Assembly (NCBI GenBank): GCA_964035545.1 | Contig: OZ037766.1 | Location: 13,134,722 to 13,198,721, forward strand | DNA: 64,000 nucleotides | Source: Bugula neritina | Lineage: Eukaryota > Animalia > Bryozoa | Direction: 5' to 3' | In this document: positions 36,901 through 50,674 of the stretch, piece by piece | Layout: the number at the start of each line of letters is the position of its first letter | How positions within the stretch are numbered: the stretch's first letter is position 1 | Translations under genes and position numbers: made by a program | The notes under the pieces: generated by a model | What the model saw: the letters and a program-made list of their open reading frames with translations, nothing else | What the model was told of the DNA's origin: nothing | Database searches by the model: none

Positions 36901-39900
36901 ATTCCTGACACACTTTACTTATATAGCACGAAAATATTCATCTATGTCTTAGCTATTATTTTAACACTCTTTTAGGGTTTCAGGTCTCAAAAATTTTGTT
37001 TTATAACAATTTTAGTGCATGCATGTCCAAAAAACTTCGAGAATTTGTTTCGCCTTTCTGTGACGTATTACACCGCAGTTGCGAGAAATAGATGGAAATG
37101 CCGCCTGTAAGACATTCGGAAAATAAGTATAGGCTATATTTTCCGTTGCATGTAACCTTAGTTTTACCATTTTTAATTTATCGGACGTCTGTCTAGCCCC
37201 CCAATTAGTGTTTTTTGTGGAATTTAGGTTTTATTTCATAAACAAATTTCGCGGCAATAAATACATAGCTACCAACTTACCGTGTCCGAGTCTGTGCAGT
37301 GTAATTGTGATAAAGTTAAACCTAATACAGAAATAACATAAATACGATATCAATATAAACATATCTGACTCTGACGAAGAATACTTAGAGCACAGTGAGA
37401 ATCGCAATGAGTATGACTATGACAATCACACTCACGCTGTCACTAAGATTTCTGAAGTAATGGGCTATCAGTTTGAGCCGTTTACGTATCAAGATGAAAA
37501 TGGAGATGATAGTCATGACAAGGATTTTACTGTTACTGATGAGCAACAGGTGATAATATTTATAATTTTACAGTATCAGTACGATTTAATTTTATAAACT
37601 ATAGTGTTACTAATAGTAGTACTAATAGTAATACCGTAATACTAATACTAATAGTAATACTTTAACTTTAAGTTATAAGTATAAGCTAGTATAAGTATAA
37701 GTTATAAATTATTATAATTATAATATTTAATTTTCATTTTGTAATCGTAATGCCAATGCTCAATGCCAATGCTCGTATTGATCCTGGCTTAATTAGTTAA
37801 TATAGCTGAGTTTTATGCTACTAAAGCTTTAGAGCAAGCATGATATCAAATTACAAGCTAAATATTTGATGATTGCTATCAGTTTATATAATATTATTAA
37901 TAATAAAGTGATAATCATTAAATTTAATGATTACAAATTCCAGTCAAGTAATTAAATATTTGATCAATACTAATTTTGTTATTACTACTACCAATACAGG
38001 TATTAGTATTAATTATTTGTCGTTAGATTTACCTGATAATTTAAGTCAAGGGAAAGACTGTATTTTTATAAATGCATAATAATGATAATTATTATTCACT
38101 TTTATTGTAATTGTGGTTATACCGATCCTTAACAAAATAAGTTTATCACATACATAATCATGTCAAACTTGCATTCACGATGATAGCATTTAGTATTTTA
38201 TTTCTAAGCCCCCTATTTCTCTGAATTTCTGCTTTTATAGTATAACATATAGTACTAACAACAATAAAATATTTTAAAATTCCTGAAAATTAGTTTATTT
38301 CATAGCAAAAATTATGAGTTTGTTTTAATATGAAAAATCTAATTAATTTTTAACTATAAATATAAAAATAGTTTGAACAGTAATGCAAACTTGGAATATT
38401 TTAAAACCCATGATTTTAAAGTATTTTCAAACTTCAGCCTCATTGGACTCAATTTTCAATACTAAGAAAAATACAGGAAACAAATTTAGACACAGTAATT
38501 AATGGACTTAATGTGGATGATACTGGTAATAACGTTTTTAGAAAAGCTTATTTGTTTTGTAGAAAATATAAGGCCAGCCACGGAGTGGTGCACTTGCCAC
38601 CGCTGCCAAAATCAGCCTACAGTGGAACAGTTTGTTTGTTACCGTGATCATGCTGCAAACCTTCGATTAGATAGCAGCATGGAATGTATAGCACAGCACC
38701 CGGGAGTACAGCAATTGACGCAACCAGCTGTATTAGAAGTTGCATACAGCAGCTACCTGAGATATCATGGTTAGTCAATTGCTACTGTATATCAGTAACG
38801 GTCATTGTTAGTTTTTCTAGATAGTCTTACTTGATTATTTAGCCAATCATTTATTTTGGTAGATGATTTGTTTGATGAGAACGCCCATTCTCTCAACACT
38901 AAAAAAAGGTTCTGCAGCTACCGGTTTTTGGTGTTCTGGCTGTTTCCAGATATTAAAAAAGGTGAGAGACGCCCTTTACCATCTTGCTTATATGATTGGG
39001 TGCAAGCTACATTCCCCCCAACTGATGATGAGGAAGAATTTGCTGAATGGGGGCCAAGCTAATAAAATATATGCAGCAGAACATTTGCTAGAAATATCTT
39101 CTTATAGTCTTTACTAAGTCGTACCGGTAACACTTTATTAACCTTATCAAGATTTCATTTTCATTCATGTAACAGCCAGAATGTCCCTTTTGTAATACAT
39201 CAGTAATCAGTAATTTAGTAATGAAATGTATTTAATTAACAGCCCAGAAAATATCTTTTTAACCTTATTACCATTAACTTTTGTTTTGTTAAAGTTACTG
39301 TTATGAATGTGTATTAGTAAGTAAAAACCTTGCTAACAATTTAATTTAGCCATGTATCAATGCTTGGAAGCTGCACACCATGATTGTTCTAGACTTGACC
39401 TAGCCATGGTAGGTCAGGTGCTACAGCCATGACTTAGTACAGCCACATTGTAGAAGCTATGTAGAGCAATCAGGTATTGCAATATTCCTAGTACACTAGA
39501 ATATCTTATGCAATGTAATATAATATAATATAACAATATTGTTTTTATGAAACTTTATGACATAGTATAACTTTTTACATATTTTTACCAATATATTGTT
39601 TTATTTATTGCTATTTATTGTTTTCACATTGCTATTTATGGCTCTAATAAAGTACCAACAAAACCAAACATACAGCTGCTCTACAGTGAAAACGAATATC
39701 TACATTTCAATGGAAACTGAGACTACAAGTAGATATATTGTCCAAATTTATTTTTGACACACCTTGAGGTGGAAAATTAAAAATATTATTTCCATTACAC
39801 AAAAATATTTGTTTTTTTGTTTCATTAGAACATGCATTTTAAATAAAAATAAATATAGAGAAAAGCTATGAATTCAGTTTGAGCTAAGTGAACAATACTA

Positions 39901-42660
39901 TTTCGCCATATTTCTATATACCAGCATTGAACAGCTTTGCTTCTAATCTTTTTCTGCATCCTTTTAGGTGTTTGCACAAATTTATTGTGTCCTATTCCTT
40001 TCTGTAGGCCCTTCTTTTCTGGCTTAAGATTGAGAGCTGGTTTTTTAGTTTGACTTGGCAAAGCTCTAAAATATTATTATATATGAAGGTAAATGGAAAA
40101 GTATTATTGAAACAGCTGCAGAAAATCTCAATTGCTGTCTATATCATATTTCAATTTTATTGCTCAAGATCGCATTTTCAATATTATAATCCTTACAAAA
40201 AGCCAGGGTCTGATCTTTTTAACCAGCGAGCTTCTTTAGGTGTGATAGTGGCCGCCTGCTGACTTTGTTTCCGAGGAGTTAATGGAGTGCATCCAGTTGC
40301 ACCTTCAGTTTCCACTAAATGAATAGTTGGGACTGCTGTTTTTTTCTAAATGCAATCTAAAGAGTAAATCAAAGACAATGAATTTTTATTCTTTTAATAA
40401 GCTAAGTGAACAATATTTACCATTAATTTTCACTGGTATTGATGATGGGCACCATTACCAGTATCATACTCATAGCATGAGTATCAGTGCGTATGAATCA
40501 TAATATTAATGGTATGTATCCAAGTGACTATGACACTTCTGATAATCATAAGTCTTTCATATTATCGCCATTATAAATAAATTTCCTTACAATAATGGTT
40601 ATCGTGTAAATCATAAATGCAAACTTGTACTTGCAAGTTTATGTCATAGTCACGTGAAATTGAATCAACACGGTCATGACAATCCTATTGACTTATACCA
40701 ACTTGTAGTAATACTTAATAGTTATAGTTATACTTATTGTTGAAAATCAACATTAAAAAAACTATCATTATCGTCTAATTCTATCACAATCACTAAGTCA
40801 GTATCACTATGAGTTTGAGTGAGTTATTCACTTACATGTTAATGAGTTTTGCTTTATACATGCCCATGTTTGTAAATTGTTCATCACCAAAATGCTGAAA
40901 ACACAAACGAGAGTTGTTATCAGGCAGAAAGTTTTTTCTTTTCGTATTGACAAACTTGGTCCATTTTTCACCACACACAGTATCAGCAGGCCATTTAAAC
41001 ATGTGTTTTTCCTTGTACGAACACGTTGCAGCTTCACACACTCTTCTTTTGCATTTGCCTTTAGAACTTGAAGCCATTCGTGTAGTCATGTCGACAGTAA
41101 GTGTAAGTGTAACTAGTAATATAGGTAATAAGTTTGTTCATTAGAGTCCAATGGCAATATGAATATGAATATGAAATCGAATTTATGTAGATAGCGAGCG
41201 ACTACTACTAGTAGTAGTACTACTAGGCACAGGTTATATTGGTAATATCCGGTTACGGTAATGATAATCTATTTGGAAGCGTAATAAGTTACATGCAATA
41301 TGCAATTATTTGTAATGTTTTATAGAAAAGTTTGCCACTCGTTGGATTTAGCTAATTTCTTTCAACAATATCGTGTTATCGCCGTACTTAGCCACCCGTT
41401 CTAATTACATCGTGAGGGTGAGGCTATTTCATTTTTCCGATGCTCAAAATTTTTAACGGAAGTAACTTTAGCTCCTAATATCAATAATAAGATGGTATCA
41501 TTTGTTTTTTTCATTGAGCAGTAGTTGTACTCTGTGTTTTAAAATTTATGTCAGTATAGTGATTTATCTGTGTGTTGCAGTGGCTAAAAATAACACGCTG
41601 CGAAAGTATGCAATTATTACTATTAGTTATATAGTAACTAGGACTCGAAGCAGACCAGAAACCGGCGTAATACGTGTGCACTGAGAGCTTAGAAATCCGA
41701 AAGTTTTTTGGACATGCATGCACTAAACTTGTTATAAAATGAAATAGTATAGCCATCCACCCTTAAAGGGATGCTTAATTGATAGCTAAGATATAAATGA
41801 ATATTTTCATGCTATATAAGTAAAGTGTGTCAGGGATTCTTTAAGCTAATCTGATAAGATTCTCTGTTTTCAAATGTTCAGAGTAAATAAGAAGCACAAA
41901 ATCAATATGCTCACTTTACAAATCTGAGAATCAGTTTGATCATCATACAGTTTTGAAGATTTTCCTAAAATAGTACAGTAAATACCAATAATATCATTAC
42001 AGTAGAGTATTTGAAAATGAGTGAGCTACATTTGTGGTAACAACTAAGGTAATTGATAATAATAGTGATACCAAGAGTTTAAAATATATCACAGTAATTA
42101 GGTTTTACTCGAATAAATCTGTAGTTTGCTAATTGCTTCTAAAAACTTGACTAAGTTTGTTTTGATTTTGTTAAATAAAATATTGCACTTACACTAGCAT
42201 CACCACTATTTGCGATGCCACTGCGGCTTCCCGCTAGACTAGGCGGAATGCTTTTGCCAGAGCGAAGAGAGTAATTACTGGCATAATCTAATCTATCTGT
42301 ATTTCCATCAGCTTTTTGAGATTTTCTTCTTTTCTTGGATGTCTGCTGAGAATCTTCTAAAAAATTATTTGCGTTAAAATTAGGATTTTCAATGCCATCT
42401 AGATTTTGACGTTTTCTGTCGGGTGTTTTAGGTCTTTTCCTTCTTGGGCTTAATTTGGTCTGTTCTTTGGTCTTTTCAGCTGTTGCTGATTGAGGTGTGC
42501 TAGGTCGTTTTTTGCGAATTATTGGTTCAGGTGTATCATTAGAGCCGGTTATTAAAGTTGACTCGTCCTGATTCTGAGAGCTTTGTTTGAGCTGCTTAGA
42601 ACGTGATTTTTTAGATCTTGGTGCTTTTGGCAGATCCCTCTCCTCAGATTTGTCAGCCAT
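33999..42660 (-). CDS. TMEM237: transmembrane protein 237 (ciliary transition zone)
   Basis: Exons approx. 42660-42193, 36807-36752, 36304-36126, (35831-35733 uncertain), 35397-35227, 34930-34766, 34454-34264, 34158-33999. Basic low-complexity N-terminus, LGVD..DIEDDIVDE, SQPIGKLFIE, FCMGILAGLTIWQ, Y.....P....FYILIVVCTVAAFDKYD and VAWFIVALCP parallel human TMEM237 as I recall it. Confidence 0.85.
37361..39062 (+). CDS. KolX accessory protein (P2X7 ballast/nanor-like Cys-rich domain), 4 exons
   Basis: Exons approx. 37361/37460-37549 (acidic, GYQFEP), 38438-38525, 38563-38769 (WCTCHRC..PT..Q.VCY...CIAQHP), 38863-39062 (RFCSYR...W.......RRPLPSC......TFP); spliced frame is open from ATG 37460. 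Confidence 0.8.
39820..41089 (-). pseudogene. truncated Kolobok transposase, THAP domain only
   Basis: C-x4-C...FKWP......KW.........N....RLCFQHF THAP signature (41089-40835); AVPTI box in the next exon (about 40356) is out of frame by one A in a 7-A run; stops follow and no DDE core is visible. Confidence 0.8.
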
Positions 42661-43760
42661 GATTGTAAACTTCCGCTGCGACTAACGACGAAGTTCATAT
42701 CTAAACGAAAATATAAACCGCTAAGGCCGATGGATTTGTCTTCAAGGTTGGCCAATCATTTATTGTTTTCCAAAAACATTGACGTGACAGTTTTATTTGA
42801 ATACAATCTCAGTTAATTTTCACAAACATAACCAGCTTGTTAGCTTAGACTAAAACGATGCACGCTAAAAACATTAAAATACCTGCTCGTTATCTATAGC
42901 ATCAACTGATACCTGTTTATTGCTAAATAAAGCTTGCACTCCTAAAATTATTTTAATTTTCGCCACGTCAACTGCTACAAGTACAAGAACAACACAGTTT
43001 TATTATCATTTGCATTTTCGTTGAAATATTGCCAAAATTAAAAAAATATATTAGATTTAAAGTAAAGTATAAACTTAATTTGCTAAAACTAGAGTTACTT
43101 GAAAGTCAGCCCCATGACTCCTGAGACTCGGACTGAGCCATGACTGCTACTAGTAGTGACTAGTGTACTATTGCATTTAGTGCTTTACTATTACATTTAC
43201 TATTAGTTTTAGTATTACTACTAAGACTCAAGCTCAAAGTTATTGTTCAACTTAATGATAATCTTTATCTTATAGTTCGTAGTTATACTTAGTCTTATAG
43301 TTACAAATACTAATTATTGATATTGATATAAAAAGGTACCGAATATTTCCTTATAGTTATATAATACTTATAGCTATACTAATAGTATTACTGTAGTCAT
43401 TAGTGTAATAGTAGTTGTTATTTATATTATATCTATAGTATTCATATAAACATCGCATCCATAAACTTTTCTAATGATTCTAGCTGCTTTGCCTAACTGA
43501 TTATAAGCACTTTACACAGACTCTGCTTTATATCATCTGAAGCCGTGCGGTGTATATTTATTTATTTATTTATTTGCTTTTTTTTCTTTTTTTCTCTCCT
43601 GGCAGTAGCTAGCTATTGAGCTTTGAATCAAAGCATAATTAACTATATTCTTATCTCGTAGACAAAATGGTTTTCTTCCTTACTACTGATAATTTAAACA
43701 ATTGTTCATACACCACTGCATCTCGATAAAGGAGCCAAAGCGCTCCGAGTGAGATTAATT

Positions 43761-43790
43761 AGATGAGATGAGATGAGATGAGATGAGATT
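43761..43790. repeat. (AGATG)n microsatellite
   Basis: About 6 units read directly. Confidence 0.9.
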
Positions 43791-44393
43791 AGTATTGATA
43801 ATTAGTAATTACTAATTAGTATTTATAATTATATTACTATTAAATTTAATATTACTATTACTCTATTAGTATTACTAGTATTGTTTTTAGTATAACTATA
43901 AGTATTACTATTACTATTAGTAAATTACTATTACATGTTGAGGTAGTGATTTATTATCCAATGTTGTTAGTATTAGTATTGCAATTGACTATTAACTTTG
44001 AGTGAGTAAATTCAATTTTAAGTATTACTATTAGTATTGCTTATCAATTTTAAATCAATTAACTTTAAGTTCAACTGAATACAGATTAGGTTTAAGTTCA
44101 AGTTATACTTATTTATTAAATTTAATACTTATAAATAATATTATCGTTATGATTATCTTTATAAATACCATCATCAGATTATCATTAGCAGCATCATTAT
44201 GAACCTGAAGTAGGATGAAATTAAATGCTAATAACTATCAGTATGAGTGATCAGTTATGATTATCATTATATCTCAATGTGTAGTGAGTGATGACTAATG
44301 GCTGAAGTTTAATATAGCTATAAGTATAATGGCCATCAGTATCACTGATACTCCAAGTAGAAATATTACTAATACTATTAGTATTAGTAAATA

Positions 44394-44891
44394 GGTGTAG
44401 GTCATTTTGTACACAAGCTGTTTCACACCCACATTTTTGGGTCGTTTCGTATACACCTGATGTCATTTTGTACACATTATTATAAATTAACTAAAATACA
44501 TATTTTTTATATTTATTTATTATTTGATGTATGAATTAAACAGCACTGCTCAAAAGTAACTTACATATTGCATTTTATGCATGCTTATTTATTATTGTGT
44601 TATGTAAATGTTGGAAGAACTGCTCTTTTGGTTTAGATAATGTTATCAGTAAATCAGTAAATGGCAGCACATAGTTATAAGTAAATGAAATATTTGTTGG
44701 TTCAGCAATGAAGACAAAGCCGTTAATATCTAATATTGAGAGCTGGTATGCAATAAATAAGTAAACTAGCATTATTCAAGTGGTTATTCAATGGATTAAT
44801 TTATTGTTCATTCTGTGTATGAAATGGACAGCAGTTTGTGTAAGAAACGCCCAGTGTATGAAACTACTTGTGTACAAAGTGACAGTAACCC
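44394..44891. mobile_element. degenerate MITE with repeated subterminal motifs
   Basis: Left GTCATTTTGTACACAAGCTGTTTCACAC pairs with right GTATGAAACTACTTGTGTACAAAGTGAC; about 75 bp of inverted similarity; TSD not clear. Confidence 0.65.
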
Positions 44892-45025
44892 TTAGTTTTA
44901 GTAATAGTAGCAAGTCATAATGATTATCAATGGGAATATAGTACTAGTTAATCATTATAAAAATAAAAATTATTGTCTTGGTAATCAGATAAGGGATGAT
45001 AACGATAATGGTTATCATAATCATC

Positions 45026-45027
<2 letters not shown>

Positions 45028-45068
<41 letters not shown>
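45028..45068. repeat. (TA)n microsatellite
   Basis: About 20 TA units. Confidence 0.95.
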
Positions 45069-45075
<7 letters not shown>

Positions 45076-45776
45076 TGCTTATGCTGTTGGGCCTGTTTTT
45101 GAGCCTGGTAATATGATATATCACTTACAATATGAATATGACTATTCAATATCATTGATTATAAACATGGTCATTTCATTGGTATGATCGCCATCATGGT
45201 GATAAGACGATCGTACTTCAAGAGCATGAAACAACTAGAAATAAAGTTTAAATATAGAATACTATCATACTTTATATTTGCTGTAAAGTTCAATTAATTT
45301 TTTTTTAAATTCTGTAGACAGTTTAGATACTTGTTGACCCAAATAATAAAGTAGACAGTTTCTTTTACCTTTTTCTAATATCTTAACTTCTTTGCACTTT
45401 AATTACAATAAAGTTACAATTCTTTCATATGATTCTAGTAAAATTATAGTACCTACATCTTGGAGGTGTCCCTTTTTAGCCTGATTTTTATTACTCATTA
45501 GCATAACTATTTTAAAATACTAATATACAGAAATATACCAAATGTACAGTAAAATCTCAAGTGTAGACAATAAATTTTTGCAGCCTTTTCAAATTTTTTT
45601 AGGAATCACTACATAAGTATGTTTATTAATGTATTCAGTTTATGTCTAAATGCAGCTGAATAGTGATAGATTTTTAAAAAAAATTATTCACACATATTTT
45701 GCAGCATTTCATGATTGGTGTGAGGTGTTCAAAATATATATTTCGTACTGCGGGTTAAAAGTGGGCCACAGTCACA

Positions 45777-48255
45777 ATGCTGCCTGCTGTCACAGATTTC
45801 CAAAGTAAGTAAATGTAACTCTTAACCAAGTTATCTGGAATGCTGGACATGTTTAATGTTGATTAATATTGTGAAAAGTAACTGTCCATAAACGATTTTA
45901 ATAATTTTCCAATTCTGAAGTCTTATTCCTAATACTGTGATATGTTTATTTTTATTACAATGTAATACATTTTGATTTACACTCTAGTGCATTCTGAACC
46001 TATTGAGTGCATGCTGTTTATGCTAAACATGATAAATTTGTATTTATAGAAATAGGGGTAGGGCTAGCTGGCTTTGGATTTGTGTTCCTTTTTCTGGGAG
46101 TTGTGCTACTTTTTGACAAAGGTTTATTAGCCATCGGAAATGTAAGTTTGCTTTTCCAAATTTGAACAACAGTTGCTTTTACTCATTTTTCATAGAAATA
46201 CTATATCCTTTCATACTTTCACCTTAAAATCTTATGAATGATTCTAGTTGAACAAATTGTGTTGAAACACAGTAAGGTGTCTAGCTGTTACATAGGAAAC
46301 ATTAGTGTAACACACAACTCACTTGGCAATCTCTGTTTTTGAAGTATTGTAAATGTGTATGTATTTTTCATTTTTTAGATTTTGTTCCTGGCGGGTCTAG
46401 CATTTCTCATTGGTCTAGACCGAACATTTAGGTTCTTCTTCCAGACACATAAGTTGCGCGGCACAGCGTTTTTTCTAGGAGGGATTTTTGTAGTACTCTG
46501 TGGTTGGCCAATGATAGGAATGATGGTGGAATGTTATGGCTTTTTTCTTCTTTTCGGGTAATTAGTTTATAAATAAACTTTAAGACAAACTACATGGATT
46601 ATTTTAACATTGCGTGTAGTCCCTTACTACGCCCACCAAGTTCGGATAACATAAATATGGTAATTTCTCTCAAAATATTCAGATATGCATTTGTAAGTTT
46701 TGCTTGAATCTTTTATAGCTTCACAATGCTTCTACCAAATAGCAATTTTTGTACTATTAGAAAACTGGAAGCTTATGATTTTAGCGAATTAGGTGTATTG
46801 TATATTGCAAACATATATTTAATGTTGGAAGGTAATGCATTCATTGACTTTTTTTCTTTCATTTGCTATAGAATTTGTGTTTATGCCAAATAAAGTGGGT
46901 AAATATTAAGTTTTTTGATGATATAAACTACCACTCTAGCTGGCAGAAGTTATAAACTGTTGATTTTATGTTCTCAGGGGCTTCATACCTGTGGCTATCA
47001 ACTTCTTAATGAGAATCCCGGTGCTGGGAACCTTGCTATCTCTTCCTGGTATTTCTATTGTGAGTATTGTCTAATATTTACTCTAGACTAAGCTACCAAT
47101 TCCATGTTTCAATTTTGTGTGAATTTCTGCATCAATTTTACACCCGAAAATTGACACAGGGCTGCCCTGTTCTCACTGAGGTGACGCTAGATATACATAT
47201 ATAGAGTAAATCATACTGCAATGTTAGAGTAGCTTTCCCATGCAAATTGATTTTTATTTAACTCAACTTATCGGCTACTTACTCTGAAAAAATTTGTTTT
47301 ATAATATAAACTGGACCAGAAATTGGCACAGTACCAAATTCAAATTGATTGTGTCACTGTTACTATTTTTCATGACAACTTCTGCTTCCAATTGCAATTA
47401 TTTAATATTGAGAATGTGTTAGTCAAGTACAAAATTTAATTTTAATAAATAAGTTTAATATGAATGTATTTCTAATTCAGATTTATCAATATTGTAGACA
47501 TTATTTTAATGTTAATTATTAATATTTGATAAAACAAAATATTTGCAAAAAAAATTAACCAATGGAGTTTGTTAGGCATTAAGAAGTTACTTTTGTTATT
47601 TAGTAATTTACTGCAAGTATTCGTTTGTTTGAAAAACAATTGAATAATTATAATAATTGTGATTATAGTTATTAAGTAGGCTCACACTATTTTTGCATAT
47701 GTAAAATCTAAGTGACCTAAAATTTTATTTAAGCTTCGTTCATGGAATATCTGATTTATGAGGGTTTTGTCAGCTATTTTTCAGTTAGATTCAACATAAT
47801 TAGTTTGTAGATCCAAGAAATAAGGAAATAAAATATAATGTCAAACCAATTTGCTTAACACTGAATTCATTTTGTAGCAGATATTCTTTCCAAATTGTAG
47901 TATTACAAATTTTTAGGTTTAAAGATTTAATTTATGCTTTTATCGGTAGAAGAGAAATATCAATTTCCTAAATTTTCCCATAAATAGTAATTAAATTGTG
48001 TTTCACTACCCTTTAGAATTGTCTCCACACATAGTAATGGATTCTAAAGAGTATAAGAAAATTAGGTCCTTTATTGAAAGAGCATAAAACTATGTTTATC
48101 AACATTTTAAAATTTTTATTCGTATACTTTACATTTGTAGATTATTCCATTATTTTGTTAAGTGTTTCAATAGCTCTTCGATTCGAAATTTATTAGTTGC
48201 TGTATGATTTTAGGTGGTCAACAAATTAGGAGGTGGTTCAACGAGTAATGTTTGA
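45777..48255 (+). CDS. GOLT1B: vesicle transport protein GOT1 (Got1/Sft2 family)
   Basis: Exons approx. 45777-45804, 46050-46141, 46379-46557, 46978-47059, 48214-48255 give [73 protein letters not shown]...[44 protein letters not shown]...SNV. Confidence 0.95.
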
Positions 48256-48819
48256 CATGGTATATTAGGTGCATTTATTTCGGAGCTCACTTAATAAGCA
48301 ACATACTCTTTGTATTCACCTTCGGATATATGCACACAAGGAATTGGCAGTGGTGGCAGCAGATGCATAGTTATAAAGATTTTAATTCTCTGTATAAACA
48401 GAGAATCTGTTAGTAATAGTCAAGAAGTTGTGCTAAATTTTTACAATTTTTAATTTATTATTTGCATATATTTTTTCTGTAAATAGCCACAAATTAACAA
48501 AGTGGAAGAATATAGTTTGTTTCTATTATGTTATTTCTTTTTTGTTTCTGCATCCCCATTATAAAGATGTAGTATTGAATGCTGCTAACTCATTAGTTGT
48601 TTCTCAGTCACTATATTTTAAGCTTCGCATTATGCAAATGGAGTTTTCATGTATAAGGGTGTAGTTAGAGCAGGTTTGGCAAAAATAACTCAATCAAAAC
48701 CAACTTTGAATTTGGAGTGACAGTAATAGTTTTGGAATGTAACTGTTCAGATTGTTATAATATACAATGGTGTTTGAATGAACCATAGGTGAGATGGAGA
48801 GCTGCAATAGCTCATCAAA

Positions 48820-50420
48820 ACTTATGATGCGCCTGATTTGCTATCTAAAACACACATGACTTACTCAGACAAGTAAATTGCAAGACTTTACTGCCTCTAA
48901 CTTTAGCCATAACCAAACTGGCTAAACTTTAGCTCATAATATTTTAGCACATACCTATTAAAAATACTTTAAATGCAATAACTTAGCGAACAAATTGGAG
49001 GCAACCAATCAACAGAACATCTTGAAAACCTGTTGCTGTGTTTAAATTATTTATTGAGTCACTAAAATTTTCTATTACATATTCTAGTGGAACATTTAAA
49101 GTTCAAACTTACTAAAACAACTTACAATACTGTTCTAAATGGTGGGAACTAATTATGATTATAGTAATTAGTTTTAGACATATATTTGATAATGTGTTAA
49201 TTCTAATATTGTAAGCACTAAGCAGCTTCTTATACTATAATTAGAAGCAATATTATCTGATATTCATAGGTACACCTGTACTTGTATAGAATAATCTAGT
49301 TAATGGTAGAGAGATAACTCCTTAAGGTGAATAATAAAAACATATTCTCTAGCTATATGCAGCCATTGTGCCAGGTTAAAAAAGTTTACAGGGCTCCATA
49401 TATATGTATAAGTTATGTACATGAAGCCCGTAAAACTTCTGAATCTTGCACAATGGCTGCAGCCATTATAAACTAAGTATAGTAATTATAATATAGAAGC
49501 AGTATAATGCGCAGAAGATTAGAGTCAATGTCTTAATATATACCGTCCTCGTCTAGATTTAAAACATGAATTTACTATTTTCCACCATTTCCAGGGCAGT
49601 CCTTCCATTCTGTAAATATTGTTCACGTCAATTCTTGATTTGTGAGTGATGTCAATTGAAAAAGCTGTTGAGGTAACTTTGTAAACATTCTTTTTTTGAA
49701 AAACATTTCCTTTAAAACTCAAACCAATATTGCTGTCATTTATTATTCCATCATATTCATGATCATTATAATCACCATAATATAAGCCTTTTCTAAGTCT
49801 TTCTTGCAGCTTTCCCACTTTGTCATATTCCCTATTGAATAGATATATAAATATTTTTTCAGCTCCATGTTAGCCTAATTATAGCCATTATTAATTTTTT
49901 TTTAAATATTCTATCATTTTATGAACTAGGTTATTAAATTAAAAATATTACTTTGATGCTATTTCTGATATTTCAAAATTTCATCATATAACACACAATT
50001 TCATTTCATGTACCTCGCATGGGTCTTGACTAAATAGTTTGAATTAAAGTTACCTATTCAAAAACTACAAACATTTTACAAATTTTGAATGGAAAGTTTG
50101 CCATTTTATGTAATTAACTTTAAATTGCTATAAAATATGACTTTAGCTGGCTGCAATAATAATAATAAATATTCAGAATAAAATTATATGTTTCTAATAA
50201 TACAACAATAGGTTGATAAAAATAATATGATCTGTAATATCATAAACTCACTGTGTAGTTGACGATAGAGTACAATTCTTTGATTTACCATCATTCGAGA
50301 GAAACAGACAGGATGCGTACCTTCTAAAACACATGGTGTGCCTCATGTTGCTGCAGGACATACTGACGGTAATGCAGATCGCAAAATGTCCTCTGCTAGT
50401 TTCAAAGAAAGCAACAGATT
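48820..50420 (-). other. possible exons of an unidentified or decayed gene next to the Polinton insertion
   Basis: Several segments bounded by ag/gt signals (about 50395-50322, 49830-49545, 49030-48985 with CSVDWLPPICS, 48922-48866); I could not assemble a convincing frame. Confidence 0.25.
49358..49461. mobile_element. 104-bp fold-back MITE-like element
   Basis: TGCAGCCATTGTGC...GCACAATGGCTGCA with imperfect symmetry continuing almost to the centre. Confidence 0.7.
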
Positions 50421-50674
50421 AAATAAGCTTTTAACAAAAGCTGTACATGCAGATTTTATCATTTTGTGCTGCTACTGGATTAAAGCTATATTAGTATATT
50501 TACAACAGCTTGCTAAAAATAAGGATTATAGCAGAGCAAAAAATTATACTAACAAAGTATTTCCAATCTTAATAGCACCAGTATATAAAAAAGTTTTTAG
50601 AATAATATATTACTGTTATTATTATAAAACTATACGTTCTTACAATCCTACAGTGTACATCCTGTAACATCAGG

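Larger units (their letters stand above)
36898..41840. mobile_element. Kolobok DNA transposon (deletion derivative) in TMEM237 intron 1
   Basis: TTAA at 36894-36897 and 41841-41844; about 150-bp imperfect TIRs starting AGAAT(T/C)CCTGACACACTTTACTTATATAGCA; convergent KolX-like and THAP genes inside. Confidence 0.9.

Noticed and set aside
38502-39117. host P2X7 receptor gene
   Set aside because: Only the ballast-like domain is present, with no channel domain, and it lies inside transposon TIRs.
36894-41844. piggyBac transposon (TTAA target)
   Set aside because: Ends are AG...CT rather than CCC...GGG, and THAP plus KolX content indicates Kolobok.
42760-42780. RFX X-box upstream of the ciliary gene TMEM237
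   Set aside because: GTTTTCCAAAAAC is only a weak match to the X-box consensus.
43718-43790. hammerhead ribozyme or Penelope end before the (AGATG)n tract
   Set aside because: A small hairpin is present but the CTGANGA and GAAA core is not; at most the 3' tail of an unidentified retroelement.
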